DNA of 12,027 nucleotides from Candidatus Zixiibacteriota bacterium (lineage in GTDB: Bacteria; Zixibacteria; MSB-5A5; WJJR01): contig JAVHPP010000099.1 of the NCBI GenBank assembly GCA_036170655.1, positions 1 through 12,027 of the forward strand, read 5' to 3'. Numbering within the stretch: the first letter of the stretch is position 1; each line of letters starts with the position of its first letter. Both the position numbers and the translations under genes were made by a program. The notes below the pieces were generated by a model. It did not search any database and was not told where the DNA came from. It saw only the letters and a list, made by a program, of their open reading frames with translations. Shown in pieces: positions 1 to 9,154 of the stretch.

Positions 1-59
1 GTTGCCGTGCCCGATTCCTGCCCCTGCTGAGGGGCGGGCACGGCAAGCCGTGCCCCTAC
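1..59. repeat. GTAG-family REP doublet (REPIN-like), left copy cut by the window edge
   Basis: Minus strand 59..36 reads GTAG-GGGCACGGC-TT-GCCGTGCCC, a GTAG head plus a 9-bp palindrome. TTGCCGTGCCC at 2-12 is the reverse complement of 36-46 and fits the 3' half of an inverted partner REP. The spacer holds an inner hairpin GCCCCT-gctg-AGGGGC (20-35). Confidence 0.75.
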
Positions 60-163
60 GGACCTCCGATTTCTGATACCGTCCTTGATTGAGGGCATTA
101 CGTCTGCACGAGTCAATTGCGGCCTGGATCGCGCCGACATGATATCGCGCAGACATCCCCCGT

Positions 164-2071
164 CTATTCGTCTGCCGCCGTTTCCGTCGTCGCATCCAAT
201 TCCTCGTAAAGCACCGTGAGTTGATTGTACAACTGGCCACGCTGGGTTGTCAGTTCGGACAGGCGCTTCCAATCCCGAGCGACGGTCTCACCAGACAACT
301 CCCGTTCAATGGCCTGGACTTGCTCTTCGAGTACGGTGATTTCGCTTTCCAGCTTCTGACGTTTCCGCTGAAGACGCTGATCCTGTGCCCGTCGCGTTTT
401 GCGCGATTCCCAGTCGGCCGCCGCGTCCGAGGGTGGCACACCTGTCATGTGCGCTTGAGTCTCATCTTGTTGCGACATCGACGCCTGACGGGCGGCCCAG
501 TCCGAGTAGTTTCCCAGACTCAGCCGGACCGTACCTCCCGCCACATAGAGAATCTTATTGGTGAAACGATCCAGAAACTTGCGGTCGTGACTGGCGACTA
601 GGGCGGTCCCCTCGTATGCGGCCAGCCCGTCTTCGAGGACCTCACGTGAACTGATGTCCAAGTGGTTCGTCGGTTCATCCAACACCAGAAAATTGGCCTT
701 CGTGAGCATCAGTTTCGCCAGCGCCAGGCGGGAACGTTCTCCCCCTGACAAGGCCGAGACCGACTTGAAAACATCGTCTCCACGGAACAAGAATCGCCCC
801 AGATATGACCGGAGTTCGCCCGCAGTAAAATGCGGGAACTCGTCCCATATTTCGCCAATCACCGAACCCTGTCCGTTGAGGATGTCGAGATGCTGGTCGA
901 AATAGCCGATCTCGACATGTTCACCGATTCGAATCCGGCCATCATAATCGCTGTCCAGCCCGACGATCGCGCGCAACATGGTCGTCTTGCCGGCGCCGTT
1001 GGGACCAACAACACCGATCTTGTCGCCCCGTTCACAGGTGAAATGCAGATCCCCCAGCACGATCCTCTCGCCGAATCGTTTCCCAAATCCCGTGACCGTC
1101 AACACGTCGCGGAATGAGGTGCGCTGTGTTTGGAACCCCACCTTCAATGTCCGTCGATCCTGCGATGGCGCTTCGAGCCGTTTCACCTTGGTCAGAGCCA
1201 GACGCTTCGATTGCGCCTGACGAGTTTTCTGTCCTGCGATGTTGCGGCTGATAAAGTCTTCGATGCGCGCGATTTCGGCCTGTTGCATATCATAGGCCTT
1301 CTGACGTCTTGCGAATCTCAGCTGCCGTTCGGTGCAGTAGGAGCGGTAATCTCCATCATATTGCTCCAACCGTCCGGACACCAGCTCGACCACCCGCCCG
1401 GCAAATCGTTCGAGCAGGACGCGGTCATGTGAGACGAGCACACAGGCCACCGGACTGTGCGCAAGAAACCCCTCCAGCCACTCGACCGCCGGGATATCGA
1501 GGTGGTTCGTCGGTTCATCGAGAAGCCACAGGTCTGAGGGAACGAGCAGCAGCCGTCCCAGCTCGATTCGTGTCCGTTCTCCTCCGGAGAAACGCGACAG
1601 GGGTTGCGTCCACTGGATGCGATTGAATCCCAGCCCCGTCAGCACGACTTCAGTCTCCTGCTCGAGTTGGTATCCCCCCGCGTGTTCCAGTTCGTATTGC
1701 GCGGCGCCAAGGCGCTGCTGGAGTTCGGAATCAAGGGGAGACTCGGACACAGCCAGAGTCAGGTCATCCACCCGCTGGCGCATCAACCGCAGATCCTGGC
1801 GTGACGCGACCAAGTAGTCAAAGAGGGCAAGATCACTGTCGCGGTCGGGAATCTGCTGCATCTCCGTGATTCGCACACCACGGCCCGTTGTCCGGGTACC
1901 CCTATCCGGCACCAAGCGTTGACTGAGAATCCCCAAGAGAGTTGATTTCCCAGACCCATTGCGACCGAGGAAGGCAATCTTCTCCCCCGACCTGATCTCC
2001 CAATCAACACCCGTGAGGACATCACCGGTCGGGAACCCTTTTGTGATTCCATGGAGCGAGATCAGGATCAT
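164..2071 (-). CDS. ABC-F family ATP-binding cassette protein (Uup/YdiF-like), 635 aa
   Basis: Two nucleotide-binding domains: Walker A GRNGSGKST and GPNGAGKTT, signatures FSGGE and LSGGE, Walker B LDEPTNHLD twice, SHDR twice. It has an inter-ABC linker (YxGDYxSY...QAQSK), a C-terminal coiled coil and no TM segments. Confidence 0.95.
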   Translation of the reverse strand: MILISLHGITKGFPTGDVLTGVDWEIRSGEKIAFLGRNGSGKSTLLGILSQRLVPDRGTRTTGRGVRITEMQQIPDRDSDLALFDYLVASRQDLRLMRQRVDDLTLAVSESPLDSELQQRLGAAQYELEHAGGYQLEQETEVVLTGLGFNRIQWTQPLSRFSGGERTRIELGRLLLVPSDLWLLDEPTNHLDIPAVEWLEGFLAHSPVACVLVSHDRVLLERFAGRVVELVSGRLEQYDGDYRSYCTERQLRFARRQKAYDMQQAEIARIEDFISRNIAGQKTRQAQSKRLALTKVKRLEAPSQDRRTLKVGFQTQRTSFRDVLTVTGFGKRFGERIVLGDLHFTCERGDKIGVVGPNGAGKTTMLRAIVGLDSDYDGRIRIGEHVEIGYFDQHLDILNGQGSVIGEIWDEFPHFTAGELRSYLGRFLFRGDDVFKSVSALSGGERSRLALAKLMLTKANFLVLDEPTNHLDISSREVLEDGLAAYEGTALVASHDRKFLDRFTNKILYVAGGTVRLSLGNYSDWAARQASMSQQDETQAHMTGVPPSDAAADWESRKTRRAQDQRLQRKRQKLESEITVLEEQVQAIERELSGETVARDWKRLSELTTQRGQLYNQLTVLYEELDATTETAADE

Positions 2072-2159
2072 CGCACACGTTTGTCCACGTTCAAGTCTGC
2101 CGCGGATTCCATGATCCGAACGGCACAGCTCAATAAGTTAGGATCGTCGAGAGCCGGGG

Positions 2160-4310
2160 TCAATCGACCGGTAACGGATGACGCGGCAGAGCAGGCGTTG
2201 CTGTTTCCCCGGTGACCGGGATGTCACGCCGTCGGGTGCGTGCAACCACCATCTCCAGGAGAAACAATCCCATCACGACCCAGAGGAACACGCCCCGAAC
2301 CTCGGTTCCATACCGGGTTTGTGTGACCACTTCGCCGAGCGCACGGTCGGGATCGATGAACACCAGCTTGTATCCCTGCCAGCGACGTTCGAGTTCCTCA
2401 TGTGAGATCCGTTCCGGCGCCGTCTCTTTGGGATCAACATTGACAGCGAAGGCATCAATGGGGCGATCGTTCACCAGAAGCGTATAGATCCCGGGCCGGT
2501 CCAGCGCCCCGATTCTGACGCTGACCCGCCCTCCGGACCATTCCACGGCGGGACGGGATGCCAGGCCATCCGGCCCAGCCAGTTGCAAGTCGGCTCCGGC
2601 AGCGATGGTGCCCGCCGGTTCGCGCACAACCGGTTCGCCAACGAGAAAATCGCTGCGCCGTTCACTGAGGTCGGCGGACAGGTATTCGACCAGACGATGC
2701 ATGAGAGGGACAAACAAAGAATGCAACGGCAGATCAGTGAACGGACTGTTGGGAGGCGCCCACGACGCGATCAGCTTCCCGGATTCCAAGCGCGATTCCG
2801 TCCAGGACGGCCACCCCCCCGAAAAACCCGCCAATGGATGACCGGTGGGAGTCCCGCTCGCCTTGAAAATGGAATACCAGCGAATCTCCGGTATCTTTTC
2901 GCGCGGCACCTGCCGGTAGACCGCCCACACCGGATGATCCCAGTCGATCCGGTCCCACACGAAGAAGCGTTCCGGGTTGGGTGGCGCGGGATTCGCCCCC
3001 AGCCGCATGCCGAAATACGGTACGGCAAGCCGTGCGTTCCAGGTTGTGGTATCGGCATCGGCAGACGGCGCGACAAACACACCACCGCCAGCACGCACGA
3101 ATCGCAGGAGATGGTCAACAACCGTGGCATCCGGCTGACGCCATTCTGTGATCACCACACAATCGTAATCGAAGAAATTCTCACGCAGCAGGTCTCCAGT
3201 GTCCGCCTCCTTGATGAGGAAGCGCCTGGCAGTTTCCGGCTGCGGGGCGAGGGCAAGCCGGGCCGCTACACGCGATGAGGAATAATCGGAGGCCAGCAGG
3301 ATGCGTATCTCATCGGGTATCGAGATGGCGAAGTAACGGCGGTTGTTCAAGGGATTGTCGTCGGCGGAGATCTCGACGATCCCCGAGTGCACCCCCGGAG
3401 TCTCCACCAAGGCCGAGAATTTCACCACGACCGTACCTGCGGCATCGAGAGAAGCCTCGCGCTGGGCCAGTCTCCGTCCGTCCACGAACAGGCTGACCAG
3501 AAGCCGTTCCACCGGCTGCCCTGAGTGATTGGAGACAGTTGCCGCAACCTCGAAAGGCAGACCGACGCCGACCAGTTGCTCACCGATCTTGACCTCATCA
3601 ACACCGAGGTCATACCCTTGCTCACCACCCACGTCGACAACGTAGACGGTGACCTTCGACAGATCGCTGACCGCGGGTGGCAGCGACGTCATGGTGAATC
3701 CCTGACGCCGTAAATCGCTGATCATGTAGATTTCGCGGTTCAGGTTGTCTCCCGTGCCTACCGATTCGAGAGCGACCTTGACCGCTGCGCCTGCGTCGGT
3801 GCTGCCGAAACCAACCGGCAGATCGGCGCATCGTTTCGCCAATCGGGCGCCATCGGCAGTGGGCGGATCGGCAACTGGCGCCCCCGGCCCCGAGAACGGG
3901 AGACCAACCATCTGATCCCCTTCGCCCGCGAGACTCGTGATTTCGCGAACCCGGTGTTGGGCCCGTTCGTAAGGGGAGCCGTTGACTGTTTCCTGGGCCA
4001 TCGATGCCGACCGATCGAGCGCCACGACTGATGTCGTGCGTGCCCGCGACCCGAGTGCCGCAAACACGCCGCCTTTGAGCGCGGGACGAGCAAAGGCCAG
4101 CACCGTTAAGGCCACCATCAGTGTCCGGATCGCCAGTAACAGCCAGCGGCGAAGCTGCAGGCGCCGCATGCGCGTACGCCGCAGGTCGCGCAGGAACATG
4201 ACCGACGAAAACTCCACCGTTCTAACCCGGCGACGGTTGAGAAGGTGGATGAGCAGCGGCCCCAAGGCCGCGGCCAGTCCTGCCAGTATAGCGGAATTGA
4301 GGAAACTCAT
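2160..4310 (-). CDS. BatA-type N-terminal domain / vWA-domain membrane protein, 716 aa
   Basis: N-terminus MSFLN...PLLIHLLNRRRVRTVEFSSVMFL...LLLAIRTL...LAFARP is the BatA/double-TM motif. MIDAS DRSAS is followed by GSTD and ISD. It also has a CARDB-like beta region (DDNPLNNRRY), a LLRFVRAGGGVFV domain and a C-terminal TM (VFLWVVMGLFLLEMVVA). The gene lies in a moxR/DUF58 cluster. Confidence 0.9.
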   Translation of the reverse strand: MSFLNSAILAGLAAALGPLLIHLLNRRRVRTVEFSSVMFLRDLRRTRMRRLQLRRWLLLAIRTLMVALTVLAFARPALKGGVFAALGSRARTTSVVALDRSASMAQETVNGSPYERAQHRVREITSLAGEGDQMVGLPFSGPGAPVADPPTADGARLAKRCADLPVGFGSTDAGAAVKVALESVGTGDNLNREIYMISDLRRQGFTMTSLPPAVSDLSKVTVYVVDVGGEQGYDLGVDEVKIGEQLVGVGLPFEVAATVSNHSGQPVERLLVSLFVDGRRLAQREASLDAAGTVVVKFSALVETPGVHSGIVEISADDNPLNNRRYFAISIPDEIRILLASDYSSSRVAARLALAPQPETARRFLIKEADTGDLLRENFFDYDCVVITEWRQPDATVVDHLLRFVRAGGGVFVAPSADADTTTWNARLAVPYFGMRLGANPAPPNPERFFVWDRIDWDHPVWAVYRQVPREKIPEIRWYSIFKASGTPTGHPLAGFSGGWPSWTESRLESGKLIASWAPPNSPFTDLPLHSLFVPLMHRLVEYLSADLSERRSDFLVGEPVVREPAGTIAAGADLQLAGPDGLASRPAVEWSGGRVSVRIGALDRPGIYTLLVNDRPIDAFAVNVDPKETAPERISHEELERRWQGYKLVFIDPDRALGEVVTQTRYGTEVRGVFLWVVMGLFLLEMVVARTRRRDIPVTGETATPALPRHPLPVD

Positions 4311-4352
4311 TGCGGATCAGCCGGCATCGGACGTGACACGGATTCCACCGCG

Positions 4353-6284
4353 TCAGTGTCTGTAAATGTGATTGATGTAGTATCGGGCGGTTTCATGGTC
4401 GTTATACGTTGCCGGAAGCTTGAAGACCAATTCATAAGCCCTGACCGCGTCTTTCCGCCGGTGCGCCAAGTCGTGTGCCCGTCCCACATCAAGGTAAATG
4501 CGCCCCAACTCCTGGGGCGAGTCGCAAACGTCAGCGGCCAGGGAGAAATGCTCGAGCGCGATGTCGATGCTATCCAGTTGCAAGTAAGATTCACCCGCAC
4601 GAATGATCGTCAGCGGCTCTCCTCCCCTTGCCTCCAGCAAGCGTCGTGCAATCGCGAGCGCCCGGTGGAAATACGCTGCAGCCGTGTCGGGATGACGGAA
4701 ACGTTCCCTTTCGCCCAGCCGGAGGTACAGTTCGAGAGCCACCGGTCCGGGTTGGGCGCGTCGCAGCCCTTGCCGCCACAAGGAGGTCGCCGAATCCGAC
4801 CGCAACTGTCGCTGTTGCATGTCCCCCAGCAACAGGTAGGGGCGAGCATCGGTGGTGTCAATCGCCATCAGGCGCTTCATGTGGTGTTCTGCATCAGAGG
4901 TCATCCCTCTGGCCCACAGCGCCTCGGCCAACAGGTTGATCGCGGGCGGGTCATCCGGCCCCCGCCGCAAGAATTGGACAAAGTGATCCACCGACTCGGA
5001 CCAACGCCCCAATTGCGCCGCGGCCAGTCCGAGCTCACGATAGGCTCTGGGCACCACGTCGCTATCACCTCGAACCGCGCGCAGAAGGAGGTCGTAATAC
5101 TCCGCATAACGCCGGTAGGCCGCCGCGCGTTCGGCTTGCAGATAGAATTCGCCCGGGGCGAAGCGTCTGGTCTTGAGATATGCCAGCCAGTCGGCTTCGA
5201 GTTCCTTGAGTGTTTTCCCATAAACAGACCAGAAGGCACGCGGCAGCGACAGGTCTGTTGCCTTCGCGTACAAGTCATGAAACATATTCCGGTCATGCGT
5301 GTTGATCAGCCAGCGCACAAATGATGCGGCGTGATGCATCGACGCTGGAAAAGGCTGCCGCTTGAACCAGAGCGTTTGTGCCAGTGAATCCAGCGCGATC
5401 GCGCGCCCGCTGTCGCGGTCATTGATCACTTCGAAGTCGGAAAACGACGGGTAGGCCGATGCGCCGATGGCCAGGAGTTCGGGGGCGTAACCCCACCAGC
5501 GATAGAGCTTCAAAAGTAGCATCGCCTGCGCATCGACACCCGTGTACGCGTGATCATAGCGGGCCACGATACGGTCACGCGAGGGATCAACGGCAAAATC
5601 GAAGCGGGGATCCAACGGCACATCCGCACACAAACCCTCGACAAAATAGTAGTGAGGACGGTCCGTCGGCCGAAAGCCGAATATGTCTTTGGCGCTTTCG
5701 TAGTCATGGTCGAGGATGCTTTGCAGGCCGGGAAAGCGAAACGCCGCCAGCGACTGCGGCGCCACGTGGAAGAGATAGTACACCGATGTGACAACGTCCC
5801 AATCGCTGGAGTCACCGGGCAGCGATATCCCGAGCAAGGGGAACCGGGCCGGATGCGGAACAAGCAGGACACGATAAACCGATTTGCCTTTTCCCCGAAT
5901 CCCGTCAATGAACAACGGCACACCGTATTCGATGGTGGCTGCGCCAGTCTGCTGGTAAGGAATCGGACCTGGAGCAAACAACCCATACTCTATCTTGCAG
6001 CGCGCACTGTCCGCGGACCTGGCGGTCACGTAGATGACGGAATTCCCGACGCGCAACGTTGTCTCCTGCCCGAAAGCCAGTCGTGCGCCCAACGTGTCGA
6101 CAATCGTCGTCTCGGGAGGATCGGACTGCAGGATTTCCCGCATCGTGATGTTCAGACGGATCCCATCAACGGAATCCACCACAGCGCCATGCGCGGCCGG
6201 TATCCAGCACGCAACGAACGCGAGAGCACAGTACACTCCGTGTGCCAGAAGATGCCTGGGCATTGGGGAAGTCAGCCGGTGCAT
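4353..6284 (-). CDS. Exported TPR-repeat protein with a central peptidase-MA-like (gluzincin-like) domain lacking HExxH; start may be the ATG at 6263
   Basis: Signal-peptide-like N-terminus (ALAFVACWIPAAHG-A). The central motifs are PELLAIGASAY and SFVRWLI...AFWSVYGKTLKELEADWLAYL. The C-terminal third has TPR-like helical repeats (AYRELGLAAAQLGRW, PYLLLGDM, IYLDVGRAHDL). Confidence 0.75.
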   Translation of the reverse strand: MHRLTSPMPRHLLAHGVYCALAFVACWIPAAHGAVVDSVDGIRLNITMREILQSDPPETTIVDTLGARLAFGQETTLRVGNSVIYVTARSADSARCKIEYGLFAPGPIPYQQTGAATIEYGVPLFIDGIRGKGKSVYRVLLVPHPARFPLLGISLPGDSSDWDVVTSVYYLFHVAPQSLAAFRFPGLQSILDHDYESAKDIFGFRPTDRPHYYFVEGLCADVPLDPRFDFAVDPSRDRIVARYDHAYTGVDAQAMLLLKLYRWWGYAPELLAIGASAYPSFSDFEVINDRDSGRAIALDSLAQTLWFKRQPFPASMHHAASFVRWLINTHDRNMFHDLYAKATDLSLPRAFWSVYGKTLKELEADWLAYLKTRRFAPGEFYLQAERAAAYRRYAEYYDLLLRAVRGDSDVVPRAYRELGLAAAQLGRWSESVDHFVQFLRRGPDDPPAINLLAEALWARGMTSDAEHHMKRLMAIDTTDARPYLLLGDMQQRQLRSDSATSLWRQGLRRAQPGPVALELYLRLGERERFRHPDTAAAYFHRALAIARRLLEARGGEPLTIIRAGESYLQLDSIDIALEHFSLAADVCDSPQELGRIYLDVGRAHDLAHRRKDAVRAYELVFKLPATYNDHETARYYINHIYRH

Positions 6285-6294
6285 GGGATCAACA

Positions 6295-7176
6295 TCAAGT
6301 TGTCTTGCTCTGAACAGCCAGCTTCCGGAGCAGAGCCAAGTTCATTTTGTCGCACTGGCCGGCTTCATCCTTTGGTGTTTCGAGAATCTTGGGGACAGAT
6401 TTCAGCCGAGGATCACGCATGACGCAGCCAAATGCATCTGCCCCGATGAATCCCTTGCCGATATGTTCGTGGCGGTCCTTATGCGTTCCGAAGTCATACT
6501 TGGAGTCGTTGACGTGGACGGCCTTCAGTGTGGACTGTCCCAAGATATTGTCGAACCGCTTCATCGTCGACTTGTACCCCGCCTCGGTTCTGATGTCGTA
6601 GCCAGCGGCAAAGATGTGGCAGGTATCGAGGCAGACTCCCGTGCGATCGGGGCGACCGGCCCGGTCGAGGATGGCTTTCAATTCCTCGAAGGTGGAGCCG
6701 AGGTGGGATCCCGCGCCGGCCGTTGTTTCCAAGAGCAGGAACGTCGCGCCATCGGGGATCTTGCCAAGCACCCAGTCCATGGCCGTGGCAATGCGCGCGA
6801 TGCCCGACTGCGCCCCAGACCCCGTATGCGCACCAGGATGAAAGACGAGATACTCGACACCCAACTGCACACACCGCTGGTACTCCGTCAGGAGCGCCTC
6901 ACGCGATTTCTCATAGAGCGCCTCATCCGGCGAACCGACGTTGATCAAATAGGACGAATGCGCGACTGCCGGGCCGATCCCAGTACGCTGACGTTCGTCT
7001 TTGAACTGACCAACATCTTCATCCGTCAGTGGCTTGGCCCGCCACTGATTGGAGGATTTGACAAACAACTGCACACACCGGCAACCAGCCTCTTCAGCAC
7101 GGAGGATGGCGTTGTGCAACCCACCGGCAATCGACATGTGGGCGCCGATCAAGAAATCTTCTGTCTGCTTTGGCAT
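6295..7176 (-). CDS. nfo: Endonuclease IV (AP endonuclease 2 family), 293 aa
   Basis: Full set of metal-ligand motifs: IGAHMSIAGG, AHSSYLIN, FHPG, LLETTAG, CLDTCHIFAAGYD, HVNDSK, DRHEHIGKG, ILETP. Confidence 0.96.
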   Translation of the reverse strand: MPKQTEDFLIGAHMSIAGGLHNAILRAEEAGCRCVQLFVKSSNQWRAKPLTDEDVGQFKDERQRTGIGPAVAHSSYLINVGSPDEALYEKSREALLTEYQRCVQLGVEYLVFHPGAHTGSGAQSGIARIATAMDWVLGKIPDGATFLLLETTAGAGSHLGSTFEELKAILDRAGRPDRTGVCLDTCHIFAAGYDIRTEAGYKSTMKRFDNILGQSTLKAVHVNDSKYDFGTHKDRHEHIGKGFIGADAFGCVMRDPRLKSVPKILETPKDEAGQCDKMNLALLRKLAVQSKTT

Positions 7177-7295
7177 GGTTGGGTTCTCTGAATGGGAGTC
7201 CGGTCCCGCAGGAAATCAAGTGATGGAGTGTGCGGCCCGCCAGTCTTTGAGGCCGCATTCATTTCAAGACTCATTGCCATCCGGCCGAGAATCGA

Positions 7296-8195
7296 TCAGT
7301 ATAATCGTGCCCTCTTCGAAAGGTAGGAAAACAGCGCGTAGTCGTACGGCACCGACGTGTCAATGGGAACGTAATCGACAAACGACTGACGGCACTCGCG
7401 ACGGTAGCGGTCCACATGGGCCCCCATGGCTCTCTGATACTCCGAACGAATCTGCCAGGGCAGGGTCGATATCTCCTCGCCCGTTTCCATATCCTTGAAG
7501 AGCGCCTCTTCGGGAAAGGCGAAGTCACGCTCGGCCGGATCCAAGATGTGAAACACGATGACCTCGTGTTTCCGGTGACGAAAGTGCTTCAATCCGGCGA
7601 GCACCCCGGAGGGATCATCCCACAAGTCCGAGAGGATGACAATCAATCCACGTCGCTTGATGCGCTCGGCCATCTCGTGCAGCGCGATACCGGCATGCGT
7701 CTTCGACGATGGTTCCACACCCGCCAGTGTGGTGAGGAGCGCGTGCAAGTGGACCGTCGCCGACTTGGGCGGGATGTAAGTTCGGATCCGTTCATCAAAA
7801 GTTACAAGTCCGACCGCATCGCGTTGCTTGAGCATCAGGAACATCAGCGCCGCGGCCAACTGGGAGGCATACGCGAACTTCGTGATCTTCGCCGATGTGT
7901 ACGACATCGAGGCGGAGGCATCGAGCAGAATATACGACTTGAGGTTTGTCTCTTCCTCGAATTCCTTCACGAAATACCGGTCGGACTTGGCAAAGACTTT
8001 CCAGTCGATATTGCGAATCGGATCGCCAGGCATGTACTGGCGATGCTCGGCGAACTCGACCGAGAAGCCATGGTAAGGCGATTTGTGCAACCCGGTGATG
8101 AAGCCCTCAACCACCAGACGCGCCCTCATCTCCATCGACTTGAGCCGGGAGATGACCTCGGGATTCAGGAATTTGCGGTAGTCGGTAGGGGGCAT
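7296..8195 (-). CDS. DUF58 domain protein (vWA-like MoxR partner), 299 aa
   Basis: GLHKSPYHGFSVEFAEHRQYMPGDPIRNIDWK...VKEFEEET, MIDAS LDASASM and ILSDLW; lies near moxR. Confidence 0.95.
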   Translation of the reverse strand: MPPTDYRKFLNPEVISRLKSMEMRARLVVEGFITGLHKSPYHGFSVEFAEHRQYMPGDPIRNIDWKVFAKSDRYFVKEFEEETNLKSYILLDASASMSYTSAKITKFAYASQLAAALMFLMLKQRDAVGLVTFDERIRTYIPPKSATVHLHALLTTLAGVEPSSKTHAGIALHEMAERIKRRGLIVILSDLWDDPSGVLAGLKHFRHRKHEVIVFHILDPAERDFAFPEEALFKDMETGEEISTLPWQIRSEYQRAMGAHVDRYRRECRQSFVDYVPIDTSVPYDYALFSYLSKRARLY

Positions 8196-8205
8196 AGGAT
8201 GGATC

Positions 8206-8544
8206 TCAACTTGCGCTCGGTGGTCGTTCTCCGTTCCTGATCCAGAGCCGGAATGTCACTGCCGTAGCGTTGTCCCAGTGGCTGTCGCGGAGCCTTATGA
8301 GGGCCCAGCGCAGCAAGTCGAGATTCTTCATCGCTCGCTCAATGCGTCGCATTTCTGGGACCCCTCTCCCTGCCCGCGCCAGCACCTCGAGCAGGTCGGC
8401 TTCAGTAGATCCAATCTCGGACAGCAATGCGGCGTGTTCTGGGGATTCCAGCAACCGAGTTTCTAACTTGCCGAGGCGCTCCTCCCGCTCCTCGTACGAG
8501 TACGATTCCTCCCAGAGACATTTCAGGCGTGACCAGAGGTTCAT
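8206..8544 (-). CDS. Hypothetical protein, 112 aa, predicted helical
   Basis: ATG-initiated ORF on the same strand as all neighbours. It fills the gap and stops 10 nt before the DUF58 start. The composition is protein-like and amphipathic (E/L/R-rich). No family recognised. Confidence 0.6.
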   Translation of the reverse strand: MNLWSRLKCLWEESYSYEEREERLGKLETRLLESPEHAALLSEIGSTEADLLEVLARAGRGVPEMRRIERAMKNLDLLRWALIRLRDSHWDNATAVTFRLWIRNGERPPSAS

Positions 8545-8549
8545 GGCTT

Positions 8550-8573
8550 TGGTGCCCCACCCGAAGGGTGGGA
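8550..8573 (+). repeat. Left REP-like hairpin TGGTGC-CCCACCC-GAA-GGGTGGG-A
   Basis: 7-bp stem 8556-8562/8566-8572 with a GAA loop; lies 7 nt from the RAYT stop codon. Confidence 0.9.
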
Positions 8574-8580
8574 ATGATCG

Positions 8581-9114
8581 TTAGGCCAGCACTGCATCGA
8601 TTCTGAGTGGCACATTCAGCACGCCTTGATACCAGTTGAAACTTGAAAACAACCAGCGCGACGGGTCCCGTACCAGTCCGCGCTTCACGGGATTCTTGTG
8701 GCAATATTCGACCTTTTCCCACATGGACGCGGCGTCACGACAATTGTGATCAAAACACCGACGCTGCCAAAGTGCCAGCTTCTTCACACGATCTCGGGTA
8801 ACCTCCAACCGGTCAAGCAGAGGAGATCGAACCTCCCGTAACAATTTGGCTATTCCTCTCGCGGCTTCCTGCTTCATCCAACCCACGACTGTCCCGACTT
8901 TAGACTCTGTTCTGGGCCAAATCACGACGTGCACATGCTCGGGCATAATGACGTATGCCAAGAGCTTGAATCCGTATCTTGCTCGAGCATCGTCAATTGA
9001 TCGGGCCACGATTTCTCGAAACACGTTATTTGTCAGAATCGGCAACCTCTCATGGCAGGAGAATGTGATAAACCTTACTCGCCCATCATGGTCGTAGTGC
9101 CGTAGCGTTGTCAT
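8581..9114 (-). CDS. REP-associated tyrosine transposase (RAYT/TnpA-REP; HUH Y1 family), 177 aa
   Basis: FITF beta strand, HUH motif YVIMPEHVH, WQRRCFDH, catalytic Tyr in YCHKNPVKRGLV, and terminal WLFSSF. These motifs are typical of RAYTs rather than IS200 TnpA. The frame is intact. Confidence 0.93.
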   Translation of the reverse strand: MTTLRHYDHDGRVRFITFSCHERLPILTNNVFREIVARSIDDARARYGFKLLAYVIMPEHVHVVIWPRTESKVGTVVGWMKQEAARGIAKLLREVRSPLLDRLEVTRDRVKKLALWQRRCFDHNCRDAASMWEKVEYCHKNPVKRGLVRDPSRWLFSSFNWYQGVLNVPLRIDAVLA

Positions 9115-9154
9115 GCCCCTGCCTCGAATCCGAGGATGCAGACCTTACGGTTCA

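Noticed and set aside
110..119. GAGTCAATTG, identical to 10330-10339 (both intergenic)
   Set aside because: It may be a shared TTGACT -35 element, but no convincing -10 follows the copy at 110-119, and a 10-mer match alone is weak.
2098..2125. Bulged hairpin TGCCG-CGGAT...ATCCG-AA-CGGCA before the ABC-F gene (possible attenuator)
   Set aside because: No U-tract or convincing leader peptide, and the ABC-F looks like a housekeeping type rather than an antibiotic-resistance type.
4245..7191. Long plus-strand ORFs (4245..5324, 5550..6422, 6034..7191)
   Set aside because: They are antisense shadows of well-supported minus-strand genes in GC-rich DNA, with no recognisable motifs.
7231..7257. TGCGGCC-N13-GGCCGCA inverted repeat between DUF58 and nfo
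   Set aside because: A short GC-rich stem with a large loop and no U-tract; not distinguishable from chance.
8581..9114. IS200/IS605 element with TnpB or IscB
   Set aside because: The motifs are RAYT-type, and no RuvC-like ORF is adjacent; the 112-aa ORF shows no nuclease or Zn-finger motif.
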